Source of the DNA: Octopus vulgaris
Lineage: Eukaryota
Assembly: GCA_951406725.2 (NCBI GenBank)
Contig: OX597824.1
Location: forward strand, 11,098,001-11,162,000
Direction: 5' to 3'
DNA: 64,000 bases
Shown: in pieces, positions 12,291-24,900 of the stretch
Numbering within the stretch: the stretch's first letter is position 1
Layout: each line of letters starts with the position of its first letter
Translations under genes and position numbers: made by a program
The notes under the pieces: model-generated
Seen by the model: the letters and a program-made list of their open reading frames with translations, nothing else
Database searches by the model: none
What the model was told of the DNA's origin: nothing

Positions 12291-13530
12291 CATACATATA
12301 TATATATAATGGATGTTAAATTAAAAAAACAAGACAATTATCTGCAACAGTTCAAATTAATCTCATCCAAAATTCGTTGTCATTTTTTTTTTTAATTGTT
12401 TCAGTCGCTGGATTATGGCCATGTTGGGGCACTTCCTTAAAGGGTTTACTTGAACAAATCATTCTCAATACTTATTTTATTTTTTTTTCAAAGCCTGGTA
12501 TTTATTCTATCGGTCTCTTTTTTGCTGAATAGTTAAGTTACAGGGATATAAACAAACCAACACCAGTTGTCAAGTGATGGTGTGGGGATTAACACACACA
12601 CACACACACGCGACGGGTTTATTTCAGTTTCTATCTACCAAAATCACTTGCAAGGTTTTGGTTAGCTTTGGGCTTGTAATAGAAGACCAAAGGTGCCACA
12701 AGACGAGTTGTAAGTTTGGCATTCTACTGTGATATCCAAAGTATTAGCTTGATATGAAATAAATTTCTTTCAGGATAGGACACAGTATAATTACATGTGT
12801 GGAGGCGCAACGGCCCAATGGTTAGAGCAGCGGACTCGCGGTTTCGATTCCCAGACCGGGCGTTGTGAGTGTTTATTGAGTGAAAACACCTAAAAGGTCC
12901 ACAAGGCTCCGGCAGGGGGTGGTGGCGATCCCTGCTGTACTCTTTCGCCACAACTATCTCTCATTCTTTCTTCTGTTGGCCTGCTCGCTTAGTCAGCGGG
13001 GTGGCGTCATTTGAAGGCTAAAACAATGCAAAGCGCATTGTGACCAGCGACGTGTAGCAACATCTGCTTGTCTGGTCAGTCACGTGATAATTACATGTAT
13101 CTTTTCCATGCCTCAGGAATTGAACTTGTATTACTGTTTTGCAGCTGTGAGCCTCAATGTATACCACACCTCTTAGAGCTGGACGGACTGGGTTGTAGAG
13201 ATAGCTCTTCAACTGTTAATTTCTAATACTGTTGCTCAATAACCTATTGGTTCAGTTATTATCTATCTTTTCGCAAAGCTGGTGAATATGTACAAGGGAG
13301 GCAACTAGACGTAAAAATGCTAGTAATCTCCCATTACCTTTTTTTTTTTATATAAATATATAATTTCCGCGTTATCCTATTCTGTAGTGACTGGTAATTC
13401 TTACATGACTGATTATTCATTTAGAATATTGCTTCAAAATATTGTACAGACATTTATTATACCGTAATCAAGACACTTTTAGACATTTGAGCAGAATACC
13501 TTGTATGGAAGGGTATTAATGTTGGAAATA

Positions 13531-13918
13531 TATTTCTATATTACCCCCAAGGGGCAAAACACAGAGAGAACAAACGGATTAAGTCGATTATATCGTCCCC
13601 AGTACTTATTTAATCGATCCCGAAAGGATGAAAGGCAAAGTCGACCTCGGCGGAATTTGAACTCAGAACGTAGCGGGCAGACGAAATACCTATTTCTTTA
13701 CTACCCACAAGGGGCTAAAAACAGAGGGAACAAACAAGGACAGACATAGGTATTAAGTCGATTACATTGACCCCAGTTCGTAACTGGTACTTAATTTATC
13801 GACCCCGAAAGGATGAAAGGCAAAGTCGACCTCGGCGGAATTTGAACTCAGAACGTAACGGCAGACGAAATATGGCTACGCATTACGCCCGGCATGCTAA
13901 CGATTCTGCCAACTCGCC
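13531..13918 (-). mobile_element. SINE family B dimer with 30-32 bp TSD
   Basis: Direct repeat ccttgtatggaagggtattaatgttggaaata at 13499-13530 and 13917-13948. Confidence 0.92.
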
Positions 13919-14325
13919 TTGTATGGAAGGGTATTAATGTTGGAAATAGATGATTAGGCGATATATTACTGAAAAACAACCACTTCGCTGAATTCACAAA
14001 TTTCTACCGCCACACTTTTTACTTTCTCGCCCCTTGTACAATAACGTAATCTAAATACATGCACTTTTATACCAAGATGGCATGTTAGATGAAGGTTATT
14101 TCGTTGATCTGCAATATAAATTCACTGTGGACCTTTAGTTATTTATACAGATAGAATATATTTATCTCTACATATTTCACTTCATTGTTGAGAATAGATA
14201 CGATGTCTTGCGGAAATGTTGCATGGGACAGATCTCTCCCTGTAGAAAAAATTGCTAGTTTAATTCTCATACATGCATAACAACTTGATATCAGTTTTCA
14301 TCATAATCGTTTTAATGTCCACTTT

Positions 14326-14532
14326 GGTACTACTTAAGAAGCGTGGTCCCGGTGCGCGCACTCGCGCAAGCTAGTCGTGATTAGACAATCCTATGACTAC
14401 CTAGCAAAGTAAATAAAACACAAAAACACAAAGTAAATAATTTTTTTACACAAAGTAAGGATCAACTAGTCACGACTAGCTAGTGCGGGTGCGCGAGTGC
14501 GTGCACCGGGACCACTCTTCTTAAGCAGTACC
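14326..14532. mobile_element. Mutator-type MITE with long CpG-rich TIRs and 9-bp TSD
   Basis: TIR ggtactacttaagaagcgtggtcccggtgc / gcaccgggaccactcttcttaagcagtacc; TSD gtccacttt / gtctacttt. Confidence 0.8.
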
Positions 14533-15607
14533 GTCTACTTTTCCAGTTTGCATGGGTGAATGGAATTTATTGAGGTAGATATTCTACAGTTGGATGTCCT
14601 TCATGTTGTCAATCTTCATCTGTTTCCAAGCAAGGTAATATTTCCTCATAGCCAAAAATGTTCTTGCAGAATATAAGAATTGAATGATGTTGCTTCGATT
14701 ACAGTGACAATCATTTAAATCTACCATGTGATGTAAAGACTTACACACGCACACGCACGTGTAGAAGACACCCGAAGGTGCTACACAGTGGTTGAGAAGC
14801 AAACTCTGTAACCATACAACCACACCTACACCTTACAGTAAAATAAATTCTAGTGCTCACCTGCCCATTTACACACCACAAAGTACCTGTATTATTAATC
14901 AGGATGTTTAGCTTGTGTAACACACATGAAATGGTGCTCATTTCTAACAGTTAACTATAACTTTCTAACAGTGTGTTTAGATAGTTTGTACATATAAACA
15001 CAGAACGTTTGCAGTAGATTTGAACTAAAGATCCATGAGAGGGTACTCCTATACCAGGTTTGCACAGGAAGAACCATTTCTTATGTCACTATCTAGATGT
15101 AGGTATATTCTGAATTTTTCTGTTCATCACACAAGAGAAGAGTGTAGTTGATAGGACCAACCTTGCAAGGATAAAAAAGATAAAGGTGACCCTGAAAGGT
15201 TTTAAACTCCTGGCAGAGCTAAATATTGCCAGATGTGGCTGTGTGGTAAGAAGTTTGCTTCCCAACCATATGGTTCTGGGTATCATTACACTGTGTGGCA
15301 TCTGGGCAAGTGTCTCTTACACTAGCCTCAGACCAACCAAAGCCTTGTGAGTAGATTTGGAAGACAAACTAAAAGAAGCCTATATATGTGTGTGTGTGTG
15401 TTACTGTCTCCTTGCCTGCATGTGATAGCTGTAAATATCACAATCATCCTTGTGGTGTCCTTTGTTCTCAATCTTCTGTGAAAAACATGTTTGATCATGG
15501 TGAATAGTACTTTACTTGGGAATCAGTGAGGGTTGGTGATAGGAAGGGCATCCAACTGTAGGAAATCGACCTCAACAGATTCCATCTGACCCATGCAAGC
15601 ATGTAAA

Positions 15608-15900
15608 TCATCATCATCGTTTATCGTCTGCTTTCCATGCTAGCACAGGCTGGACGGTTCAACCGGGGTCTGGGAAGCCAGGAGGCTGCACCAGGCTCCA
15701 GTCTTATCTGGCAGTGTTTCTACAGCTGAATGCCCTTCCTAACGCCAACCACTCCATGAGTGTAGTGGGTGCTTTTTACGTGCCAGGGGAGGTTGGCAAC
15801 GGCCACAATCGGTTGCTGCCTTTTACGTGCCACCAGCACGGAAGCCAGTGAAGGTGGCACTGGCATTGGCCATGTTCGGATGGTGCTTTTTATGTGGTGG
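15608..15900 (-). mobile_element. SINE-like family E with (ATG)n tail and internal 60-70 nt subrepeats
   Basis: Shared core ctacagctggatgcccttcctaacgccaacc; copies at about 3600-3785, 24505-24940, 26268-26570, 33540-33785, 36112-36450, 38080-38237. Confidence 0.8.
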
Positions 15901-16260
15901 ATGATAAATGATGAGAAATTTTGTCTGATGCTTTTTGATAATGACTTAATATAGGCAGATTCTGAGGAAGGTAGTCAGTCAGATCAACTCCAGCATTCGG
16001 CCTGGTATTTATAGAATTCACAACAGAAGGATGAAAAGCAAAGTTGACTTCTCTTTTACTTGTTTCAGTTATTTGACTGTGGCCAGGCCGGAGTACCGCC
16101 TTTAGTCGAGCAAATTGACTCCAGGACTTATTCTTTGTAGGCCTAGTACTTATTCTATCGTTCTCTTTTGCTGAACCGCTAAGTTTACAGGGACGTAAAC
16201 ACACCAGTATTGGTTGTCAAGTGATGTTGGGGGGACAAACACAGACACAAACATATGCAC

Positions 16261-16322
16261 ACACATATATATACATATATATATATACATACATACATAT
16301 ATACATACATATATACACATAC

Positions 16323-16355
<33 letters not shown>

Positions 16356-16362
16356 CAAATAC

Positions 16363-16395
<33 letters not shown>

Positions 16396-16610
16396 CATAT
16401 ATATATATACATACATATATATATATATACATACATATATATATATATACATACATATATATATATACATACATACATATATATATATACATACATACAT
16501 ATATATATATACATACATACATATATATATATATACATACATATATATATATACATATATATACATACATACATATATATATATATACATACATATATAT
16601 ATATACATAC

Positions 16611-16687
<77 letters not shown>

Positions 16688-16743
16688 CATATATATATAT
16701 ACATATATATACATACATACATATATATATATATACATACATA

Positions 16744-16816
<73 letters not shown>

Positions 16817-16827
16817 ATACATACATA

Positions 16828-16860
<33 letters not shown>
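16261..16860. repeat. 600-bp compound (TA)n/(TACA)n microsatellite
   Basis: Directly visible; source of the 213-260 aa Y/I/H/T pseudo-ORFs. Confidence 0.97.
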
Positions 16861-16861
<1 letters not shown>

Positions 16862-17234
16862 CTCTTTTTACTCTTTTTACTCTTTTACTCTTTTACTTGT
16901 TTCAGCCATCCGGCCGAGGCCATGCTGGGGCACCGCCCTTGTTGCTACCCTCTCTAAGTCCAGTTTGCCGTGGCTGGCCACTGATCTAAGAGAGAGTTTG
17001 TAGCTGCTGCCCTTAGGTTACCTTCGTACCTTACAGTGGGTTCATCTGGGATCCCGGAAAGCAGCTTGTCTAGATGTTTTTTGAAAATGTCCACATCTGC
17101 ATCATGTAGATCTCTTAGTTTTCTTGGCAGTTTGTTGAAAAGCTGAGGGCCCCTGAACCCCAGGCTATTACAGTATCTGCTCCTTACCCTGGATGTGGAA
17201 GACGGGACCTTTGGCACCACACAGTGACGTCCTG

Positions 17235-17235
<1 letters not shown>
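16861..17235 (-). mobile_element. LINE 3' fragment (ORF2 C-terminus plus tail) inserted in a family A SINE
   Basis: Reads [10 protein letters not shown]...[15 protein letters not shown]...[16 protein letters not shown]...[21 protein letters not shown]1/L2/Jockey-group style, then (taaaagag)n. Confidence 0.85.
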
Positions 17236-17299
<64 letters not shown>

Positions 17300-17378
17300 C
17301 ATATATATACACATATATATATATACACGTATATATATACACACACACACACATATATATATATACATACATATATAT

Positions 17379-17411
<33 letters not shown>

Positions 17412-18860
17412 CATATATACGATGGGCTTCCTTCAGTTTCCGTCTACCAAATCCACTCACAAGGTTTTGGTTGGCCTGAGGCTATAGTAGAAGACACTTG
17501 CCCAAGGTACCACTCAGTGGGACTGAACCTGGAACCATGTGGTTGGTAAGCAAACTACTTACCACACAGCCACTCCTGCATCGAATTTCTAAACACTGCA
17601 CAAAATTACAGCATATTCTGATTCTGCAGTCTTGATGATAATGACAGCTGTTTCTAATTTAAGCACAATTAATAATGAGACATCTTCCTAAGATCAACTT
17701 TATTGTTTATATTGATTTCGAAGTCAATATAAAAACAAGAGTTAATCTCAGGGAGATTTGAACTCAGAGCAAAGAATAACAACAAATGACATTGTTTTTA
17801 GTAGTTTAATAATACAATCTTTAAGAAAAGTCAAAAAAAAAAAGGAATGTAGTTAGAAATAGTTTTCTTCTGTCAAATGAAGAGAATATTACACAGCAGC
17901 TAGACCAGTATCTTCTACTGGCCTGTTCGTTGTCCCTTAAGGTGAGACAGTGAACAGGTAAGTTTGTCTGGTTAGTAAAAAATGTATGGTGAACATAACA
18001 GAACAAAGATCATATCTCCAGATAAACAGTATTTAAAAAAAACAACAATTACTATAATGAATGATTTCTAAGATAGGCACATGGCCACATTTTTTGGTGG
18101 GGAAAGGATCGGTTGATTAAGTAAACTCCAGTGCTTGACCGGTGTTTGTTGAATCGATCCTGAATGGATGAAATGCGAAGTTGATATCGGCAGCATTCGA
18201 ACTCAGAAAGTAAAGAGGAAATGCAAGTTAGCATCACAAATCGTCTTTTTTCTGTTGCTCTACTAGTTCTGCGACCCACCGTCTCAAACAACTATAAATT
18301 CTCCTTCCAATCACATTCTACCATCTCGAAAAAAAGAAAGACAAAAAAAAAATGAATTGGACAATGTACCCTAGATATAGAAAACAAACAGGATAGCCAT
18401 AAATAGAATGTTTTTGACCATAGGCCTGTCTGATCATTTAAGGGCCTAGGGCTAAATGACAACAACTGATGATAATAAAAATACAAATATTCTCAATAAG
18501 TTAAGATATGAAAATCTCCAACAATGTAAAGTAGAAAAATGATTACGACAAATCTGTGTTTAAAATGTCTCAAACCATTGACCAAGTGAACGGTAAATGG
18601 TTTGTCAGCTTATTGTGGAGAGTGACTGATGGAAAACAAGTGAAATACAAACTTCCCGTTACTTCGAGGGAAGTTCTGTGATTTTCTTTGCAAGATCATT
18701 CTGTATAATTAGTAAAAGTGACAGGGTGACTAAACAAGAACAACATTTTATATTCCTAGAACATGCAATGTTATTTTTTCACAAAAACACATACATATAT
18801 CTGATAACTGTGTCATCAACATGTATGAATGTACAAGACACACAAAAAACAGACATTAAA

Positions 18861-18948
18861 TTAAAGTTCTTCTTTAGTTTTGTCAATCCACTTCTTCATT
18901 GAGTGAATATCTTTGTTAATTTCCTCGGTGTCGTGGAATGGCAATGCA
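18861..18948 (-). CDS. HRC-like gene terminal exon (S-ALPFHDTEEINKDIHSMKKWIDKTKEEL*)
   Basis: Acceptor tttctttcttccag, phase 2 start, TAA at 18863-18861, KDEL-type KEEL terminus. Confidence 0.93.
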
Positions 18949-21900
18949 CTGGAAGAAAGAAAAAAAGAGAAAAAATATTGATAATTTCAGTTTATATGTA
19001 TTTTTTTTTCAACCATGGAATAACTTAATAAACTTTTGGATAATTTTCAACTATGAAAAAAAGAAAATGAAAAACTGCTTTCATATAACAAGCAAGTCTC
19101 CCTCCAATCACAGCCTCCTCTCTTAAAAAACAACAACAACAAAAAAAATACCCATTGTACTGTGTAGTCGCAGATATAAAAAGATAAGATGGTTAATTAG
19201 TTTACAACCGGAATACCTTTGATCATAAATCTGCATGATCAAGGCTGACTTGAGGTTAAGCATCAGGTATAATTGAGTACTTTGAAAGAATTATCTCTCT
19301 ATATATATAAAGCTGAAGTTGTCAGTGTATTGCAGGTTTGGTAGCCTTCAACTAACACTATCTCCTCTGAAACCCTGCGGCACAAGTTGACCAAAATTGA
19401 GAGTATGATAGAAGAAGGCTTGCTCTTCCTTCCGCAGAAGAAAAAAAATTCAAATTGGACCATGTTAACAAAAAGGTGCTTTTTTTCTATGAAAATCCCT
19501 ATTTTTTACGATTTTTTGACTGCTGTGTTGCCATTTTTTGGTGTATTTCAACCAGAAAAATGTTCACCTAAAGAGAATAACAAGCTACATAATGCAAAAT
19601 TTTTACTTTTCAAAAATTCCAATTCTAAAGGGTCGAAAGGAAAACAAGCCCAAGCAACACTGGGCTATACTGCTAGTGGTAGATAAAAACATATTAAGAT
19701 TAACTAACTTTCACTTCACAAAAGAAAACCTCCTGAATGGTATTTCACTATCTCAGCAAGCTAAATTATAGCTTGTTGCGAATTTTAGGGAGAGAATCAT
19801 TATCATCATCATTTAACATCCATTTCCTATGCTGGCATCTGTTGAGTGGTTAGACAGGAGCTGGCTAGCCAGAGGACTGTATCAAGCTGTTTATTTTTAC
19901 ATAGCTTCGGATCTTTTCAGTTTGAACGGCAGTTTTTAACATAATTTCTAGGTAACTAAAAAATTTTAAACCTCGTATACTGGTAGAACGTGTTAATAAA
20001 ACATCTTTTTCTCTTGGCTTTATTGAGAAAATTCTATAGTTTGTAAGATATTTGTTGTTTTTTTTCCTTCAATTTCTGCAATTTCAACCAATCACTGACG
20101 TCTATTGAGGTAAAAAAACATTCTGTGCCATATGAATATGTCCCTCGTTTAAGAAACAGATTAGGTTTATTTACATTTGTGATGAAAAAAGATACCCTTC
20201 CCCTAACCCTAACCCTAAAACAAATTGAAATGCAATAGATCGATACTAGGGTCATAATTATGGGTGACAATTTCATATGACATAGAGGCTAATCAACTCC
20301 CCTTTATATTTGATGAGTACATTTGACAACAGTAAGATGTGAACTCAGATTAATATGGCAAGAACCTGACTCAACTCTGACTGGTTATGTTCATACAAAG
20401 CCACAAATTTTAGAGGAATGGGTCTAATCAACAAACTAACTCCAGTACATGACGAGGTAGTTTCTTCGACTTTCTGTCAAGTTGTCTGTCTTCTGTTGTG
20501 CATAAACAGTACAGATGGCAGTGTGTATAGGATATCAGTAACAAAGAATAATGCCCCATAATGGAGTGTGAATGAACTGTTACTCATCATCCTCGTAATC
20601 ATCTATTAATGTCCATGTTGACATGGGTTGACATGATCTAACATGTCTGAGAACTGCATCTTGCTCTAATGTCTGCTGTGGTATGGTTTCTATGACTGGA
20701 TGCCCTTCGTAATATCAACTACTCAATAGATTGTAGGTGTTTTTTTTCATAGCACCAACACTTGGGAGGTCATCATGAATCTTGCAACACTAAGATACTC
20801 CTTGGCAGTGTGAGACTACAATAGAGGAAGGCAGCTTTGAATCAGGAGATGAGAAGTTTAGGTATGAAAGAAGAGACCAGAACAGAGCAGGTTCCTTGCT
20901 TTAGAGGAGCTACATGGCTAAAATAAGAAACTTGAAGCAACAAATACTTCTTGGCTTTCTAAGAAAATCTATATCTCATTGAAGCATTCACTGTTGGAAA
21001 AAGTTATGAAATTAAGGTTTCCAGGTGAGGTCAGTGGAGATGATCTCTGAAAAGTGTGGAAGGAGGATCTATTTCAGGTTTATGATGTGTTCCAGCATTC
21101 CTTGTAGTAAATATGTAATGCCATTAAACATTGAGATCCTATGGAATAATGATAAAAAAAAACAGCAAAAAACTTATGTAACCCCGAGGTAGCTATGAAT
21201 CAGCAATCCTATGGCATACAAGTAGGCCCAACCCACAGAACTCTTTCAGATATATTATGTCTTTACCTAGCTAAAGAAAATACTTATTTCTTTATTGCCC
21301 ACAAGGGGCTAAACATAGAGAGGACAAACAAGGACAAACAAAGAGATTAAGTCAATTACATCGACCCCAGTGTGTAACTGGTACTTAATTTATTGACCCC
21401 GAAAGGATGAAAGGCAAAGTCGACCTTGGCGGAATTGAACTCAGACTGTAGCAGCAGACGAAATACCACTAAGCATTTCGTCCGGCGTGCTAACGATTCT
21501 GCCAGCTCACCAGCTAAAGAAAATACTGTGCACTCTGGATATTATTCAATATATTTTTGTATGCTTGTCAATTGTGATGATAACCACAGTGGAGGTGGGC
21601 AAGGTGGACTCAGATTGTTATAGTTTGTTTTACCATAAATCCTTGACTGTTAAGAGCAATGGATTATCTGGTACAAGTCCTGGTGTAAAGATTTAAGGAA
21701 AAGAATATGGTATAGTGCTACTGGTAATTAACATTGAGATAATGAGGGAGTTGACAAATCTATGAGAAATTTAGAGTTAATGGAGGTGTGGGGTTGGGTG
21801 GCTGAATGGGTCACAGGTAACATCTCTCTATATATAAATGGCAAAATGCGTGTGTGTGTGTCCTTTATACAAATCCCCAATTTTTCAGTTAGAGGGCTCG

Positions 21901-24900
21901 CACTTTCTATGGTCATTCAAAACCGTCCAAGGGTGGTCGTGCACATCTTTACATTTCCCCAGTCACCCCGCAAAGCCATTAAAAAATCAATAGAAGTGAC
22001 TGTTTTGTGAATTTTCTATCCAAAACCCAATCAAAATGCATGAAACTAGATATGCCAATTGAATGCCAGCTAGCTGTATGTAATTGGTCGGAGATTTGGA
22101 CAGTACTTGCGTGTATGTGTGCACGCATGCAGCTGTATATGCATGCACTAGCACTATGACCCGGCGTTGCCGGGTCATAGTGCTAGTAAATGAATAAATC
22201 AGAAATGTTCTGAATCCATCAGGAGTAAAAAAAAAAAACAAAAACAAAAACAAAACAAATAGTGAAAGTAAGACAAAACACTCTTATGTATTAATTTTAA
22301 AAGAGGGAACAGGTGGTGCCACCACTTAACAATTTGTGTTCATTAAAATAAATAAAATGCAAAATATTTACCTGATGATAGCAGCTGATACTTTATCAAC
22401 ATATCCACCTGAGAAAAAAATACAGAAATGATCAGTAAAAATATATGACAAGGATTATAATATTATTTCTTTATATATTTATATTGGCTTCAAATTTTGG
22501 CACAAAGCCAGCAATTTCAGGGGAGGGGGTAAGTTGATTATATCGACTCCAGTGCTCAACTGGTATTTATTTCACTGACCCTGAATGGATGGAAGGCAAT
22601 GTCAACCTTGGTAACATTTTAAGTAAAGACAGATGAAATACTGCTAAGCATTTTGCCTGGTATAATAACAATTCTGTCAGCTCACCACCTTATTTTCTTC
22701 TTCAAAGCATCCACTTGTTACAAGGTCCTTAGACCACTGAAAACATAAGAGCTACTAGAATAAAATGGACGCTAGACAGAAGGCAATAGGTGACGATGTA
22801 CATTAGACTTAAAAAAACTGGAGGTCATATTGAAGAGGAAAACAAGACTGTGGAAGGGAATTCCAAAGTTCAGAGGTGTAAGGGAAGAAACTGGTACTGT
22901 GAAGTGCTTTACGGCACTTAGGAGGTAGCACAGTATACCTTATAAAGTTATAAAACGTAACATCATCCTTTTCAAGCCTAGCCAGGCTCATGGGCCCGTC
23001 TTCTGTGGCATATGTGTTCCCCCCAGCTGGACGGGACGCCAGTCCATCGCAGTGTTATTCAAGAAACAGGAAGAGAGAGCGAGAGAAAGTTGTGGCGAAA
23101 TAGTACAACAGGGGTCGCCAGCACCCCCTGCCAGAGCCTCATGGAGCTTTAGGTGTTTTCACTCAATAAACACACAACGCCTGGTTTGGGAATCAAAACC
23201 GCGATCCTCCAACCGTGAGTCCACTGCCCTAACCACTGGGCCATTGCACCTCCTTATACAGTTATATTAAAAGCTATTTCCATCAGTACTTATACTCTCT
23301 TTTCTCTTTTACTTGTTTCAGTCATTTGACTGCGGCCATGCTGGAGCACCACCTTTAATCGACAACTCGACCCTGGGACTTATTCTTTTTGTAAGCCTAG
23401 TACTTATTCTATCGGTCTCTTTTGCCGAACCGCTAAGTAACGGGGACAGAAACACACCAGCATCGGTTGTCAAGCAATGCTAGGGGGACAAACACAGACA
23501 CACACATGCATATATATACATATATACGACGGGCTTCTTTTCAGTTTCTGTCTACAAAATCCACTCACAAGGCTTTGGTCGGCCCAAGGCTATAATAGAA
23601 GACACTTGTCCAAGGTGCCACGCAGTGGGACTGAACCCGGAACCTTGTGGTTGGTAAACAAGCTACTTACCACACAGCCACTCCTGCTATTATATACTAA
23701 TATATAAGACTAAGATTACAATGTTATTCCTTCGTATATTTATAAGTAAAAACTACAATCTGTGAGCATCGTTTCTAATAAAGGAAGTCATCAACTATTG
23801 ACATGGAACTTAATTCTCAGCTCAGTAGAAATCCAGTTTATCTCTATTTGCATTGGCAATGAATTGAATGAACAAGATAATTTCAGCATTTCAAGGAAAG
23901 AATTCACAGTTGAATGCATTTCAGCAAACACCAGCCATGGAACCATTAAGTCAAACTGGTATTATTACACAGACTATCATGTTAGTAGTATAAAGCAATT
24001 TCTTTTAAGTCTACAAATTATCATTTCACATTCCAAGGAGACACATATCTGACAACCTTCACCACTTAGTCTGGAATATAATTATCTTACAGCATATTTT
24101 GAGATAATTAAGTTTGATTAACGTTAATTTCGAACTTGCCCAGGCAAGATTTTCAAGAACCTACAGGATATTACTGTTTCATCTTTTGTAAAGTTATAAA
24201 GATTACATGCAGTAATCTAAGCAACAAGTGAATTAGACAAAAGCTATTATGAAAAAGCAATCAAAATAATTATGACTTTTATAATAGAACATCTCTCTTT
24301 CTGTCAACATCTCATCAAACAAGAGAATGGTTTATATTTATCTCGGATTACAGCAGCAGGCAAAGTAGAAATTACATGTCTAAAATTTCTTATCGTCAAA
24401 AATTTCAAGTACTTATACAATCTTATGTTAAATGAGCACATTTGTTCCATAATGGTCAATTACTTATTACAAGGCACAATAGAACTTCAGCTTGCTTAAG
24501 TTCATCGTCATCATCATCATTTAATGTCCGCTTTCCATTTGACTGAGGACTGGCAAACCAGATGGCTGCACCAGACTCCAATCTGATCTGGCAGAGTTTC
24601 TACAGCTTGATGCCCTTACTAACGCCAACCACTCCGAGAGTGTAGTGGGTGTTTTTATGTGCCACCAGCACGGGGGCCAGTTTGGTGGTACTGGCAACGG
24701 CCACGCCCAAATGGTACTTTTTACATGCCACCTGCACAAGAGCCAGTCCAGTAGCACTGGCGACAACCTCGCTCGAATATTTCACATGCCACCAGCACAA
24801 GTGCCAGTAAAGTGACGCAGTAATGATCATGCTCGAATGGTGTGCTTATCGTGCCATCAGCATGAAGGCCAGCTTGTTGCTCTGGCAACGATCTCACTCA

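Noticed and set aside
16150-17003. Six ORFs of 213-260 aa (Y/I/H/T or M/Y/V/C rich)
   Set aside because: Translations of a TA/CA microsatellite, open in all frames; same for 193-628, 17168-17549 and 48207-48704.
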